64,000 nt of DNA from an uncultured Gemmatimonadales bacterium (GTDB lineage Bacteria > Gemmatimonadota > Gemmatimonadetes > Gemmatimonadales > GWC2-71-9). Both the position numbers and the translations under genes were made by a program. Location of the stretch: assembly GCA_963771275.1 (NCBI GenBank), contig CAVYSW010000003.1, positions 416,001 through 480,000 of the forward strand, given 5' to 3'. The notes under the pieces were generated by a model. That model was not told where the DNA came from. It saw nothing but the letters and a program-made list of their open reading frames with translations, and did no database searches. This document shows positions 9,445-22,592 of this stretch, piece by piece; positions within the stretch are counted from its first letter, which is position 1, and each line of letters begins with the position of its first letter.

Positions 9445-10721
9445 ATGGAAACGGCGTATCGCACCGTCGCGTGGGTGTTGCATCGCCTGCCGCTTCGCGC
9501 GAGCAGACTGGCGGACAGTCTCGCGGGCCGGCGTGCGGCACCGGAGCGCTGGCGGGCATGGGCGGACCACCATCGGCGCGATGGGCGCCTCGTGTGGCTG
9601 CACGCGGCATCGGTGGGCGAAGCGCTCGCCGCCGACCCGGTCGTGCGGCGGCTGCGCGCGGCGCTGCCCGGCTTGCAGGTCGACGCTCACCCACACGTCG
9701 CCATCGGTCACCGACGAGGAGCGGCTGGCCGGGGCGGACCACGCCGACTACCTGCCGCTCGACGAGCCGCGGCCTATCGCGCGCACGCTCGACGCGCTCC
9801 GCCCCGACCTCCTGCTGTTGAGCCGCGGGGACCTTTGGCCCGAGCTTGTCCGCCAGGTGCAGGCCCGGGGCGTACCGGTGGCCGTCACGGGAGGGATCGT
9901 GCGCTCGCGCAGCGGCCGACTGCGCTGGCCGGCGCGCGCCGTGCTGCGCCCTGCCTGCCGACGGCTCGCCTACGTGGGCGCCGTGACCGACGGCGACGCC
10001 GAGCGGTGGCGCCGGCTCGGCGTCCTCGAGGACAGGGTCGAGGTCACGGGCGACCCGCGCCACGATCAGCTGATCGAGCGCCCGGTCAATTGGAGATGCT
10101 CGAGCCGCTGCGGTCCTGGACCCGCCCATGTGTGATCGTGGGCGGCAGCGTCGAGCACTCGGATGAGCGTGCGTGCTTGCCGCCGCGGCGGTACTGGCTT
10201 CGGACCCCACAATCCGCTGGCTCATCGTCCCGCACGATCCCGGCTCGGTCGCTGTGCGGCGGCTGCTTTCGGGGGCCCGATCCCGGGGGCTGGCGGCCGC
10301 CGCCTGGTCCGGCGAGGCCTCGCCGCCCGCCGACGCGGTGCTCCTCGTCGTCACAACACGCGGCCTGCTGGCCGACCTCTACGCTCTTGGATCCATCGCC
10401 TATGTGGGCGGCGGGTACCGGCGCGGGGGCCTCCACGCCGTCGCCGAGCCGGCGGTCCTTGGGCTGCCGGTCCTGTTCGGACCGTGTTGGCGGGAGCATC
10501 GCGACGCGGCGTCGCTGATCGCCTGCGGGGGCGGCGTCGGGATCGACGGGGCCGCCGACCTCCTCGCTCACCTCCGGGAGTGGCGGGCGGAGCCCGACCT
10601 CCGGAGCAAGGCAGGTCTGCAGGCTCGGAGCATGCTGGACCAGGGCGCCGCGGTGCGGACGGTGAGCGGGTTGCTCAGTCGCGCGCTTTTGGTTCAGCCG
10701 GCCCGAGCCGGGGCGATGTGA
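9445..10721 (+). CDS. waaA: 3-deoxy-D-manno-octulosonic acid (Kdo) transferase, three apparent frameshifts (~9682, ~10090, ~10172)
   Basis: WLHAASVGE, YLPLD, DLWP, VTGDPRHD and LADLY..AYVGG..EPAVLGLPVLFGP motifs spread over three frames. Confidence 0.8.
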
Positions 10722-10723
10722 AA

Positions 10724-10752
10724 GCGGGGCGTTCCAACGTGGAACGCCCCGC
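10724..10752. terminator. GC-rich hairpin between convergent genes, probable intrinsic terminator
   Basis: GCGGGGCGTTCC-AACGT-GGAACGCCCCGC, followed by TTT on the minus strand. Confidence 0.75.
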
Positions 10753-10783
10753 AGTTTCTACTGGGGTCAGCTGATTTCGCTAA

Positions 10784-11437
10784 TCAGCCACCCGTCTTGA
10801 ACGTGTAGTGCAGACCGCCGCCGAACAGGAACGGGCTGCCGCCGCTCACGTTCGTGTAATCGAGGGCGATGTCGAACCCGACGCCCATCGGGAGCCCGAA
10901 GCTAATGCCGCCCGAGCCACCGAACTTCGTGGTGCTCGCCCAGGTGCCGGTGCCCGGATCGACTCGCAGATAGCGGAGCCCCGGGGAGACCCACGGCACG
11001 ACGGAAATGCCCGACGCCGGGACCTTAAGGGCGAGAGTAACGCCCGCCGGGACGGTCATGGTCTTGAAGCCCGACTTGCTCATATAGCCCAGGCCGGCGA
11101 CGACTCCCACCTTCACCGGAAGGCTCTCACCCAACGGGAGGTTCACTCCCACATTGCCGCCGAACGACACGGCCTTCAGGCCGCCGCTCGACATGTCGAA
11201 GTACGACGCACCGGCGCCAACCCAGAACATATTGGCACCATAGGTCAGCATGCCGCCGACGCTGCTGGTCTTGCCGGATGCATCGTTCAGCCCCTTGCCG
11301 AACATGCCAGACACGGTGACGCCCGCCGCAGCCGGCGCGTAGTTGTACGCCGGCAGGCCCGCGAGCTGGGCAGCGGCCGGCGCCGCGAACAGGACCAGCG
11401 CCAAGGCGGCGATGGAGACACGAGACACGACTTTCAT
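10784..11437 (-). CDS. Putative outer-membrane beta-barrel protein
   Basis: Signal peptide ending AAAQ, Gly/aromatic-rich amphipathic strands, GLHYTF near C-terminus; GGAG RBS. Confidence 0.7.
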   Translation of the reverse strand: MKVVSRVSIAALALVLFAAPAAAQLAGLPAYNYAPAAAGVTVSGMFGKGLNDASGKTSSVGGMLTYGANMFWVGAGASYFDMSSGGLKAVSFGGNVGVNLPLGESLPVKVGVVAGLGYMSKSGFKTMTVPAGVTLALKVPASGISVVPWVSPGLRYLRVDPGTGTWASTTKFGGSGGISFGLPMGVGFDIALDYTNVSGGSPFLFGGGLHYTFKTGG

Positions 11438-11658
11438 CAGAACATCTCCAGAGAGAGTGGACACTTGGCTCAGATGCTCAACTCACGAGCCGGCCCCGTG
11501 CCGACCCGGAAACCCCCATCTCACAAGGCACTAATAGCTATAAACCCAACGGACTACAGTCAATACCCTGCACTCTGCAAGCCGACTTGACTACCCCCCC
11601 GGGGCCGCCCCACAGCCCGCCAGCCACGGCCGGATCTGGCCGCCGGGAGGGACCCACC

Positions 11659-12264
11659 TCACCGAATCCAGACTGCACTGATCGAGATTCCCTCGGGCGC
11701 CCACGTGCTCCCGAAGCCCCCGCTCACCCGCGCATCGAAGAACCGGCTGAGCCGCACGTCGGCGCCCAGACCGAAGCTGAAGCCGGCATGGCCACCCGGA
11801 TCGCCAAACACCATGTTGAGGGTGGGCTGCACGTAGGGAATGACGCTGATGTCGGAGTTCTCCAGGTTGAGACGCCGACCGAGCGACAGGCCGACCGGGA
11901 TGTTGCCGGTTGTGCCCCCATCGAAGGCGAACCCCAAGCCCAAGATGATGGCGCCGTCCAGCGGCATCTGCTCGGAGTGCGTCAGGACGCGGCCCCGCCC
12001 CTCGACGCCGAGGAGGACTGGGTCATCGCCCGGGGTGAACGCCATACCGCCGCGCAGCCCGATGTCGAACGCCCGGTAGCCGAAGCGGAACTGCCCTTCG
12101 AGCCCCGTGACATCGCCCGTATTGAAGCTCACCGTGCCGCCGAACTCGTATTTCGCGAACGCCCGATACGGCGCGTTGAACGACGCCGTCCCCGTGGCCT
12201 GCGCCGCCGCGCTGCCGCTCGCGATCATCAGGCCAAGACCCACCGCTGCCAGCCGACCCGTCAT
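11659..12264 (-). CDS. Putative outer-membrane beta-barrel protein
   Basis: GAGGAGG RBS, signal peptide, alternating beta-strand pattern; resembles the neighbouring gene. Confidence 0.7.
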   Translation of the reverse strand: MTGRLAAVGLGLMIASGSAAAQATGTASFNAPYRAFAKYEFGGTVSFNTGDVTGLEGQFRFGYRAFDIGLRGGMAFTPGDDPVLLGVEGRGRVLTHSEQMPLDGAIILGLGFAFDGGTTGNIPVGLSLGRRLNLENSDISVIPYVQPTLNMVFGDPGGHAGFSFGLGADVRLSRFFDARVSGGFGSTWAPEGISISAVWIR

Positions 12265-12275
12265 GCCCTGCCTCC

Positions 12276-12538
12276 TCAGTGAGATGTCTCGGGGGCGACG
12301 CCCGCGGATTCGGCGACCACGCGGACCGTGTCGTGTACGACCTGCAGGAACCCGCCCCGAACGCGAAAGTTCCATGCGGTGGTTCCGGCGTGCACTTGGA
12401 GCCGGCCCGCTCCCAGCAGCGTCATGAACGGCGCGTGCCGCGGCAGAATGCCCACCTCGCCGTCGTAGGCCGGCGCCACCACCGACGTGGCATCCCCATC
12501 AAAAACGACTCCCTCGGGAGAAATCACCGTGACGTGCA

Positions 12539-12539
<1 letters not shown>
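12276..12539 (-). CDS. atpC: ATP synthase F1 epsilon subunit (short, N-terminal domain only)
   Basis: HVTVISPE..GEVGILPRHAP..VRGGFLQV; TGATG overlap with atpD. Confidence 0.92.
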
Positions 12540-16483
<3,944 letters not shown>

Positions 16484-16601
16484 GTAGGCTGCCACACCCT
16501 GGTTGAGGGGTCGCAAACAACGCTGCGGAAGCTTGTGAAAAGCGTCACAAGATAACTAATCTGCCCGGCTCCTCAAAGCGGCGCCGGTCCTTGTTCCGCG
16601 C

Positions 16602-17369
16602 TCAAATCCTACTGCGGGTGCGGCCACGGAGGAAGTGCTGCAACACGCCGCGCGGACCGAGTTGCGCCAGTTCGGCGGGTGCGACGCCAGCAATGCGCCG
16701 CGCCGTCGCCGCGAAGTGGCCCGGTGAGGAGAACCGGAGGATGCGCGCGACGGCCTCGTCGTCGTAGCCCGGGCTCGCGAGCAGGTCCGCGGCGCAGGCG
16801 GTGCGCGCGAGGTCGATCACGCGCTTGAGATTCGGCGCTCCCCCGGCCGCGAACTCGCGCGAGAGGTGCTCGCGGCTCCGGCGCAGCGCACGAGCGATGT
16901 CCGCTGTCGTCGTGCGGACGCCGACCCGCGCGAGCGCCTCGTCCCACGCGGCGCGCTGGATCGGCTCCGTGAGCCGGAGCAGACGCGGTCCGTCCGCCAG
17001 CTGCCGCCCGCGCCGGCGGCCGGCGGAGCGCGCCGTGATCAGCTCACCCGCCACGGGCTCATCCACCCCTTCGACGAGCACGCCGCCGAGCCCGGCGTCC
17101 CCGCACGCCGCCAGCGTCTGCCCGTCGTCCGGGCGGAACGGGCCGAAGGCGAACACGGGAATCGCCGGGAAATCCGCAGCCAGGGACGCCGCTTCCATGA
17201 GCCAGCCGGGCGCGAGGCCGACGACGACCGCGTCCGCCAGGTCGCGGCGCAGCAGGGTACGCGCAGCGGCGAACGAGCGGCAGGCCCGGACGCGGACGTG
17301 GCGTGGGAGCCCCCGCCGCATCGCCGCGCGCTGGGGCGCATTCACCCCCACGGTCGGCACGACCGGCAT
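16602..17369 (-). CDS. AraC-type HTH transcriptional regulator
   Basis: C-terminal IARALRRSREHLSREF and VARILRFSSPGHF double HTH; start could be GTG 17360. Confidence 0.7.
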   Translation of the reverse strand: MPVVPTVGVNAPQRAAMRRGLPRHVRVRACRSFAAARTLLRRDLADAVVVGLAPGWLMEAASLAADFPAIPVFAFGPFRPDDGQTLAACGDAGLGGVLVEGVDEPVAGELITARSAGRRRGRQLADGPRLLRLTEPIQRAAWDEALARVGVRTTTADIARALRRSREHLSREFAAGGAPNLKRVIDLARTACAADLLASPGYDDEAVARILRFSSPGHFAATARRIAGVAPAELAQLGPRGVLQHFLRGRTRSRI

Positions 17370-17370
17370 G

Positions 17371-17829
17371 CTACCCCGCGGCCTCCCCGGGAAGCTCGGC
17401 GCCATCGACCAGATCGCGCGCCGAGGTGAGGACGCTCCGGGCGTTCGCATGGGTGAGCTTGTCGCGTGCCGCTTGGTAGGCGAGCCAGGTGCAGGCCGCG
17501 ATGCCTTCGTCCGCCTGCGGCGTCGGGTCGCCCGTGACGGAGGTGAACAGGAAGAAGTGGCAGAACTTGTGGATCAGCCGGCCGCGGTGGCGAAAATACC
17601 AGTCGATGCAGCCTAGCGGCTCGTGCAACGCCAGGTCCGTGAGCCCCGTTTCTTCCTCCACCTCGCGCCGCGCCGCCGCCTCGGGACTCTCTCCCTCATC
17701 GAGATGCCCCTTGGGGAACCCCCAGTTGCGGTGCCCGTCGTGGATCAGCAGATAGCGCACCTCGCCGTCTCTGCGGCGCACGACCACCCCGCCGGCGCTG
17801 GTCTCCCGTCGTGCGCGCTGTCGCCCCAC
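17371..17829 (-). CDS. NUDIX hydrolase (Ap4A hydrolase-like)
   Basis: SAGGVV, WGFPKGHLDEGESPEAAARREVEEETGL Nudix box. Confidence 0.92.
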   Translation of the reverse strand: MGRQRARRETSAGGVVVRRRDGEVRYLLIHDGHRNWGFPKGHLDEGESPEAAARREVEEETGLTDLALHEPLGCIDWYFRHRGRLIHKFCHFFLFTSVTGDPTPQADEGIAACTWLAYQAARDKLTHANARSVLTSARDLVDGAELPGEAAG

Positions 17830-17838
17830 GTCGATCCC

Positions 17839-18846
17839 TCAGAAGACGGAGAACTTGAAGTACTTGCGCGGGTTCGCCTGAATGTCGGCGAGGAGACTCC
17901 GCAGCTGCTGGACCGCAAGTGTCGTCTCGCGATACAGGGTCGAGTCCCCCACCAGCAGGCCGACCGTTCCCGAGCGGTTCGCGATGCGGCTCATGACGCT
18001 GTCCGCCGCCTGCAGGACCCGCACCATGCTCTGTTGGTTGGCCCGCGCGGCGGCCATCAGCTCCCCGAACGCTTCGGAGGCCTGGCGCATCTGCTGCGAG
18101 GTCGCCGCGGTGTTGTCGAGAATCCGCTTCAGCTCGCCCTGGTTGGTGGCGGAGTCCACCCGCGCCAGCGAGGACTGCAGGCTCGCAGCCGCGTGAACCA
18201 GCACGTCCGATCCCTGACCGAGCCGTTCGCCCACACCACGCAGCACAGTGGTCTGCTGCTCCGTGAACTGGGCGATCTGCTGAGCCACCTGGCCGAAGTC
18301 CCGGATCGACTGCTGCAACTGGCGCACCGCGGAGGAGTCGAACGCCTCCTGGACGCGGGACGAGACGGCCGAGATGTCGGTGGCGATCCGGCTGGCCTGC
18401 GCGGTGAGCTGGCCGATGTCGGGGAGCGTCGCCCCCGGCCAGAGGCCGCCGCCCTCCTGCCGGGCCTCCTCGAGCGCGCGCCGCACGTTGGGATCGTCCG
18501 GCGGCTGATCCAGGCTGATGATGCCCGCCTGCCATTCGCCGAAGAACGAGGCCGACGCGGCGACGATGGCCGGGTGAGGGGGAATCACGACGTCGCGGTA
18601 CACCTGAAGCTCCGCCTCGACCCAGTTGCGCTCCCCCAGGCGGATCTGCGCCACGCGCCCCACGCGAACGCCGCGCAGCACCACGGGATCTCCCACCCCG
18701 AGCCCGCCCACCGTGCGGAAGCGCGCCGTGTGGGTCTCCCCACCCTGGCCGAGGTCCGCGCGGGACAACCAGATGGCCCCCGCCACGACCAGAAACAGAG
18801 CCGCGAACACCGTCGCCCCGACGACGATCTCGTCCCGCCGTTTCAC
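17839..18846 (-). CDS. mlaD: MCE/MlaD family protein
   Basis: N-terminal TM, GLGVGDPVVLRGVRVGRV MCE motif, coiled-coil tail ending NPRKYFKFSVF. Confidence 0.88.
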   Translation of the reverse strand: MKRRDEIVVGATVFAALFLVVAGAIWLSRADLGQGGETHTARFRTVGGLGVGDPVVLRGVRVGRVAQIRLGERNWVEAELQVYRDVVIPPHPAIVAASASFFGEWQAGIISLDQPPDDPNVRRALEEARQEGGGLWPGATLPDIGQLTAQASRIATDISAVSSRVQEAFDSSAVRQLQQSIRDFGQVAQQIAQFTEQQTTVLRGVGERLGQGSDVLVHAAASLQSSLARVDSATNQGELKRILDNTAATSQQMRQASEAFGELMAAARANQQSMVRVLQAADSVMSRIANRSGTVGLLVGDSTLYRETTLAVQQLRSLLADIQANPRKYFKFSVF

Positions 18847-19607
18847 GGCAGAGCTCCCGCCGCCCGCTCCGCCTCGTCGGCGGCCTCCGGACGACCCTCG
18901 ATGAACTGGCGCACCACGGGGTCGTGGCTGCCACGGATCTGCGCCGCGCTCCCCACCTCCCGTACAGCCCCGCGATAGAGCATGGCAACGCGGTCGCCCA
19001 CGGCGAACGCGCTCCGCATGTCGTGCGTCACCACCACGCTGGTCACCCCGTACGTCTCCCGCGTGCGGATCATCAGCTGGTCCATCACGGCCGCGGTGAC
19101 GGGGTCGAGCCCCGTCGTGGGCTCATCATATAGGATATAGCGGGGGCGCAGCGCAATCGCCCGGGCAATCCCCACCCGCTTGCGCATGCCGCCCGACAGC
19201 TCCGCCGGAAACCGCCCCTCGCTGCCCGCCAGGCCGACGAGGCTCAACGCTTCCTGCGTCCGCTCGGTGATGTCTGCCGCGCCGAGGCCCTGGCGGCGCA
19301 GGCCCAGCGCGAGGTTCTCCGCCACCGTCATCGAGTCGAACAGGGCTGCGAACTGGAAGACGAATCCGATCCGCGCTCGGAGCGCCGTGAGCCCCTGGCG
19401 GTCGAGCTCGTGGACGACCACGTCGTCGACTTCGACGGCGCCGAAATCCGGCTCGAGCAGCCCGACGATCAGCTTGAGCGCGACGCTCTTGCCGCTCCCC
19501 GTGTAGCCGACGATGACGGTGGTCTCCCCGTCCGGGATCTCGAGGGCGAAGCCCTCCAGCACCCGCTTCTCGCCGAAGCTCTTGTGGACGTCGCGGAAGA
19601 CGATCAC
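18843..19607 (-). CDS. mlaF: ABC transporter ATP-binding protein (MlaF-like)
   Basis: GYTGSGKS, ELSGGMRKRVGIARA, YDEPTTGLDP. Confidence 0.92.
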   Translation of the reverse strand: MIVFRDVHKSFGEKRVLEGFALEIPDGETTVIVGYTGSGKSVALKLIVGLLEPDFGAVEVDDVVVHELDRQGLTALRARIGFVFQFAALFDSMTVAENLALGLRRQGLGAADITERTQEALSLVGLAGSEGRFPAELSGGMRKRVGIARAIALRPRYILYDEPTTGLDPVTAAVMDQLMIRTRETYGVTSVVVTHDMRSAFAVGDRVAMLYRGAVREVGSAAQIRGSHDPVVRQFIEGRPEAADEAERAAGALP

Positions 19608-20365
19608 AGGAGCACCACCGCCCAGAAGGCGTCGAGCACGAGAATCACTTGGGCGCCGAGTACCACCGCCTGCGTCGTGGCCCGGCCCACTTCTTCCGCG
19701 CCCTGGCGCACGGCCAGCCCTCGCGCACACCCAATCAGGGCGATCGCGAACCCGAACGATGTGCCCTTCAGCAGCCCGAACCAGATGTCCTTGGCGTGAT
19801 AGAAGAGTCGCAGGCCGCGGACGAACTCCACGGTGGTGAGGTCGAGCATGTTGACCGCCGCCACGAGGCCGGACAGCACGCCGGTCGCCATCGCGCAGGC
19901 GACGACCACCGGGAACATCAGCGTCGCGGCGGTGACGCGCGGAACCACGAGGTAGGAGATCGGGTCGTAGGCGAGCGTCTCGAGCGCGTCGACCTGTTCC
20001 GTGACACGCATCGTGCCGAGCTCGGCGGCGATGTTGGCGCCGACGCGTCCCGCCAGGGCAATCCCCGTGAGCACGGGACCGAGCTCGAGCATGATCGATT
20101 TCCCGACCGCCGTGCCCACGAAGTAGAGCGGCACGGCGCCGGTAAACGTGTAGGAGGCCTGCAGCGCGAGGACGATGCCGGTGAAGGTCGCGATGAACAG
20201 CGCGATCGGCAGCGAATCGACACCGATGCGCCGCATCTGGACCAGCGTGAGGCGGGGCCACACGTCCGTGTCCTGGAAGCCCCGGACCAGGTCGCCGAGC
20301 AACTGGCCGAGGCGGCCGAGCGCCGCCAGTGAGCGGCGCACCCGATCGAGCACGAAGCGGCGCAC
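19604..20365 (-). CDS. mlaE: ABC transporter permease (MlaE family)
   Basis: ELGPVLTG..AGRVGANIAAELGTMRVTEQVDAL. Confidence 0.93.
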   Translation of the reverse strand: MRRFVLDRVRRSLAALGRLGQLLGDLVRGFQDTDVWPRLTLVQMRRIGVDSLPIALFIATFTGIVLALQASYTFTGAVPLYFVGTAVGKSIMLELGPVLTGIALAGRVGANIAAELGTMRVTEQVDALETLAYDPISYLVVPRVTAATLMFPVVVACAMATGVLSGLVAAVNMLDLTTVEFVRGLRLFYHAKDIWFGLLKGTSFGFAIALIGCARGLAVRQGAEEVGRATTQAVVLGAQVILVLDAFWAVVLL

Positions 20366-20371
20366 GCGGCG

Positions 20372-20380
20372 AATGTAACA
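20372..20380 (-). promoter_or_regulatory. Extended -10 element (TGTTACATT) 6 nt upstream of the mlaE GTG, probably leaderless
   Basis: Minus strand reads TG-T-TACATT-CGCCGC-GTG with no SD. Confidence 0.5.
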
Positions 20381-20384
20381 GACG

Positions 20385-20481
20385 GGGGCAGAGACGAGGA
20401 GGGGCAGAGACGACGACGGGGGCAGAGACGAGAACGGGGCAGAGAGACGCGCGTCTCTCCTGCCCCTCTGCCCCCCTGCCG
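20385..20481. repeat. Four GGGGCAGAGA(C) direct repeats, a palindrome, then inverted CTGCCCC units
   Basis: Units at 20385, 20401, 20419, 20436; palindrome GAGAGACGCGCGTCTCTC at 20442-20459. Confidence 0.8.
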
Positions 20482-20493
20482 CGGGCCGCTACA

Positions 20494-21387
20494 TCAGGCC
20501 GCGAAGCTGGCCAGGGCTTTCCCGATGTCCCCTTCGCGCAGGCGCTTGAGGGCGCGGTCGCGTAGCTGACGCACGCGCTCGCGCGTGACGCCCAGCATGC
20601 CGCCGATCTCCTCCAGCGTGTGCTCGCGGCCACCGTCCAGACCGAAGTAGAGCCGCAGCACCTTGGCATCGCGGGCGGGCAGTGAGCGGAGGGCCGACTC
20701 GACCTCGTCGCTCAGGAACCGCTCCATCGTCTTCTCTTCGGTATCCGGCAGATCCTCCGCGATGAAGCGCTCGATCAGGGAGCGGTCGCCGTCGGGGTCG
20801 AGCGGCGCGTCGAGCCGGACTTCGCCCGTGTTGAGCGCCGCGAGGGACTGCACGACCTCGAGCGACAGGGCCGTCGCTTCCGCGATCTCCTCGGGGGTCG
20901 GCTCGCGGCGCAGCTCCTGGCGAAGCGCCTCAGCCGTCCGGACGATCTTGGACAGGTCGGCGGTGCGATTCAGCGGCACCCGCACGGTCCGGCCGTGACG
21001 CGCCAGGGACGCGAGAATCGCCTGCCGGATCCACCATACGGCATACGAGATGAACTTCACGCCCTGGTCCGGATCGAACTTGCGGGCCGCCGTGAGCAGG
21101 CCGACGTTGCCCTCGCCGATCAGATCGGTGAGTGGCAGCCCGCGGTTCTGGTACTTCTTGGCGACCGAAATGACGAATCGGAGGTTCCGCTTAGCCAGTT
21201 CCTGCATGGCCTCCTGGTCGCCGGCCTGGACCTTGCGGGCAAGCGCGATCTCCTCCGCCGGCTTGAGGAGCGGCGTCTTGCTCACCTCGTAGAGGTACTG
21301 GTCGAGGAGGTCCCGATCGTCTTCGTTCGCCGCGAGGATCGGCGCGGGGCGACGACGACGCTTCTTGCGATGTGGAGTGGCGGCCAT
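20494..21387 (-). CDS. RNA polymerase sigma-70 factor, RpoD/SigA family lacking region 1.1
   Basis: NLRFVISVAKKY, DLIGEGNVGL, KFISYAVWWIRQAI, TLEEIG..VTRERVRQ. Confidence 0.93.
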   Translation of the reverse strand: MAATPHRKKRRRRPAPILAANEDDRDLLDQYLYEVSKTPLLKPAEEIALARKVQAGDQEAMQELAKRNLRFVISVAKKYQNRGLPLTDLIGEGNVGLLTAARKFDPDQGVKFISYAVWWIRQAILASLARHGRTVRVPLNRTADLSKIVRTAEALRQELRREPTPEEIAEATALSLEVVQSLAALNTGEVRLDAPLDPDGDRSLIERFIAEDLPDTEEKTMERFLSDEVESALRSLPARDAKVLRLYFGLDGGREHTLEEIGGMLGVTRERVRQLRDRALKRLREGDIGKALASFAA

Positions 21388-21504
21388 GGTGCTTCCCATA
21401 TATCACGAATCAGCACACCCCGGAAGAGGCGCTCCGACTCGACGCTGTTCGATTATCCGGATACCCCGCACCGCTCCGGAGGTTGCAGCCCCGTCCACCC
21501 GTGC

Positions 21505-21533
21505 TTGACACTGCCGAAACGCGCGGCTAGGTT
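21505..21533 (+). promoter_or_regulatory. Sigma-70 promoter of the tRNA operon
   Basis: TTGACA-17 nt-TAGGTT. Confidence 0.75.
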
Positions 21534-21573
21534 GCCGTGTTCCCAGCGGGACTTCGGGGCCCGACAATATAAC

Positions 21574-21646
21574 GGGGGCGTAGCTCAGTTGGGAGAGCGC
21601 GTGAATGGCATTCACGAGGTCAGGGGTTCGATCCCCCTCGCCTCCA
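21574..21646 (+). tRNA. tRNA-Ala(GGC)
   Basis: Cloverleaf; anticodon arm CGTGA-ATGGCAT-TCACG; G3:U70; no encoded CCA. Confidence 0.96.
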
Positions 21647-21751
21647 CTCCCACCTCCCGCTGCACCCCTCAGGTCCTCGCCCGTGGGGGGTCGACGTTCG
21701 ACGCCTGGCGATCAGGGGGATGAGAGCAGTAGGTTGTCCCTGACGGTGCTC

Positions 21752-21824
21752 GCGGGAATAGCTCAGTTGGTAGAGCACAACCTTGCCAAGGTTGGGGTCG
21801 CGGGTTCGAGTCCCGTTTCCCGCT
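21752..21824 (+). tRNA. tRNA-Gly(GCC)
   Basis: GCGGGAA/TTCCCGC acceptor stem; loop TTGCCAA. Confidence 0.97.
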
Positions 21825-21885
21825 CTCGAGGCGGCGCCGCAGCTCCGGCGTATTGACCAACGGTGGCTCGAAGCCGCTCACACGG

Positions 21886-21959
21886 CGCGGGGTGGAGCAG
21901 TCTGGTAGCTCGCCGGGCTCATAACCCGGAGGTCGTGGGTTCAAATCCCACCCCCGCTA
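21886..21959 (+). tRNA. Initiator tRNA-fMet(CAT)
   Basis: C1:U72 mismatch, three G-C pairs at the base of the anticodon loop CTCATAA. Confidence 0.96.
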
Positions 21960-21962
21960 CTG

Positions 21963-22036
21963 ACGGCGGAACGACGGAACGACGGAACGTTTCCCCTTTG
22001 ACCTTCCGACGTTCCGTCGTTCCGTCGTTCCGCCGT
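21963..22036. repeat. Perfect 28-bp inverted repeat built from GACGGAAC octamers, 18-nt loop
   Basis: ACGGCGGAACGACGGAACGACGGAACGT (21963-21990) and its exact reverse complement (22009-22036). Confidence 0.95.
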
Positions 22037-22041
22037 TTCAC

Positions 22042-22115
22042 GGGCGGTTAGCTCAGTTGGTTAGAGCGCCACGTTGACATCGTGGAGGTCACAAGTTCGA
22101 GTCTTGTACCGCCCA
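22042..22115 (+). tRNA. tRNA-Val(GAC)
   Basis: Anticodon arm CCACG-TTGACAT-CGTGG. Confidence 0.96.
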
Positions 22116-22119
22116 CTTC

Positions 22120-22193
22120 GCGCCCTTAGCTCAACTGGATAGAGCGTCTGGCTACGGACCAGAAGGCTGGAGGTTCGAGTCCTTCAGGGCGCA
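22120..22193 (+). tRNA. tRNA-Arg(ACG)
   Basis: Anticodon arm TCTGG-CTACGGA-CCAGA. Confidence 0.96.
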
Positions 22194-22197
22194 TGTG

Positions 22198-22272
22198 CGG
22201 GGCGTAGCGCAGCCCGGTTAGCGCGCCTGCTTCGGGAGCAGGAGGTCCCCGGTTCGAATCCGGGCGCCCCGA
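22198..22272 (+). tRNA. tRNA-Pro(CGG)
   Basis: CGGGGCG start; anticodon arm CCTGC-TTCGGGA-GCAGG. Confidence 0.96.
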
Positions 22273-22281
22273 CCTAAACCG

Positions 22282-22390
22282 TTGCCGATCGCCGATGGCC
22301 GATAGCCGATGGGTTGAAGGAGCAGGACGGGCGGGACGCAGCCCGGCCGGCACCTGGGACAATCGGCTATCGGCAAACGGCCATCGGCAG
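22282..22390. repeat. Gene-less inverted heptamer pair (TNGCCGA x4 / TCGGCNA-like x4)
   Basis: TTGCCGA TCGCCGA TGGCCGA TAGCCGA, ~53 nt, TCGGCTA TCGGCAA ACGGCCA TCGGCAG. Confidence 0.85.
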
Positions 22391-22400
22391 CCGTGAAGAC

Positions 22401-22475
<75 letters not shown>

Positions 22476-22592
22476 TGGCGACACCTCCGGCCCGAACGGC
22501 CGGACGGTCGCATTCCGACTTGCCCCATCCCGATTTCCTGTTTACGGTTCGTCACGCCCCGCGCCCCGCGGCCACCGATCCACAGACGCCCC

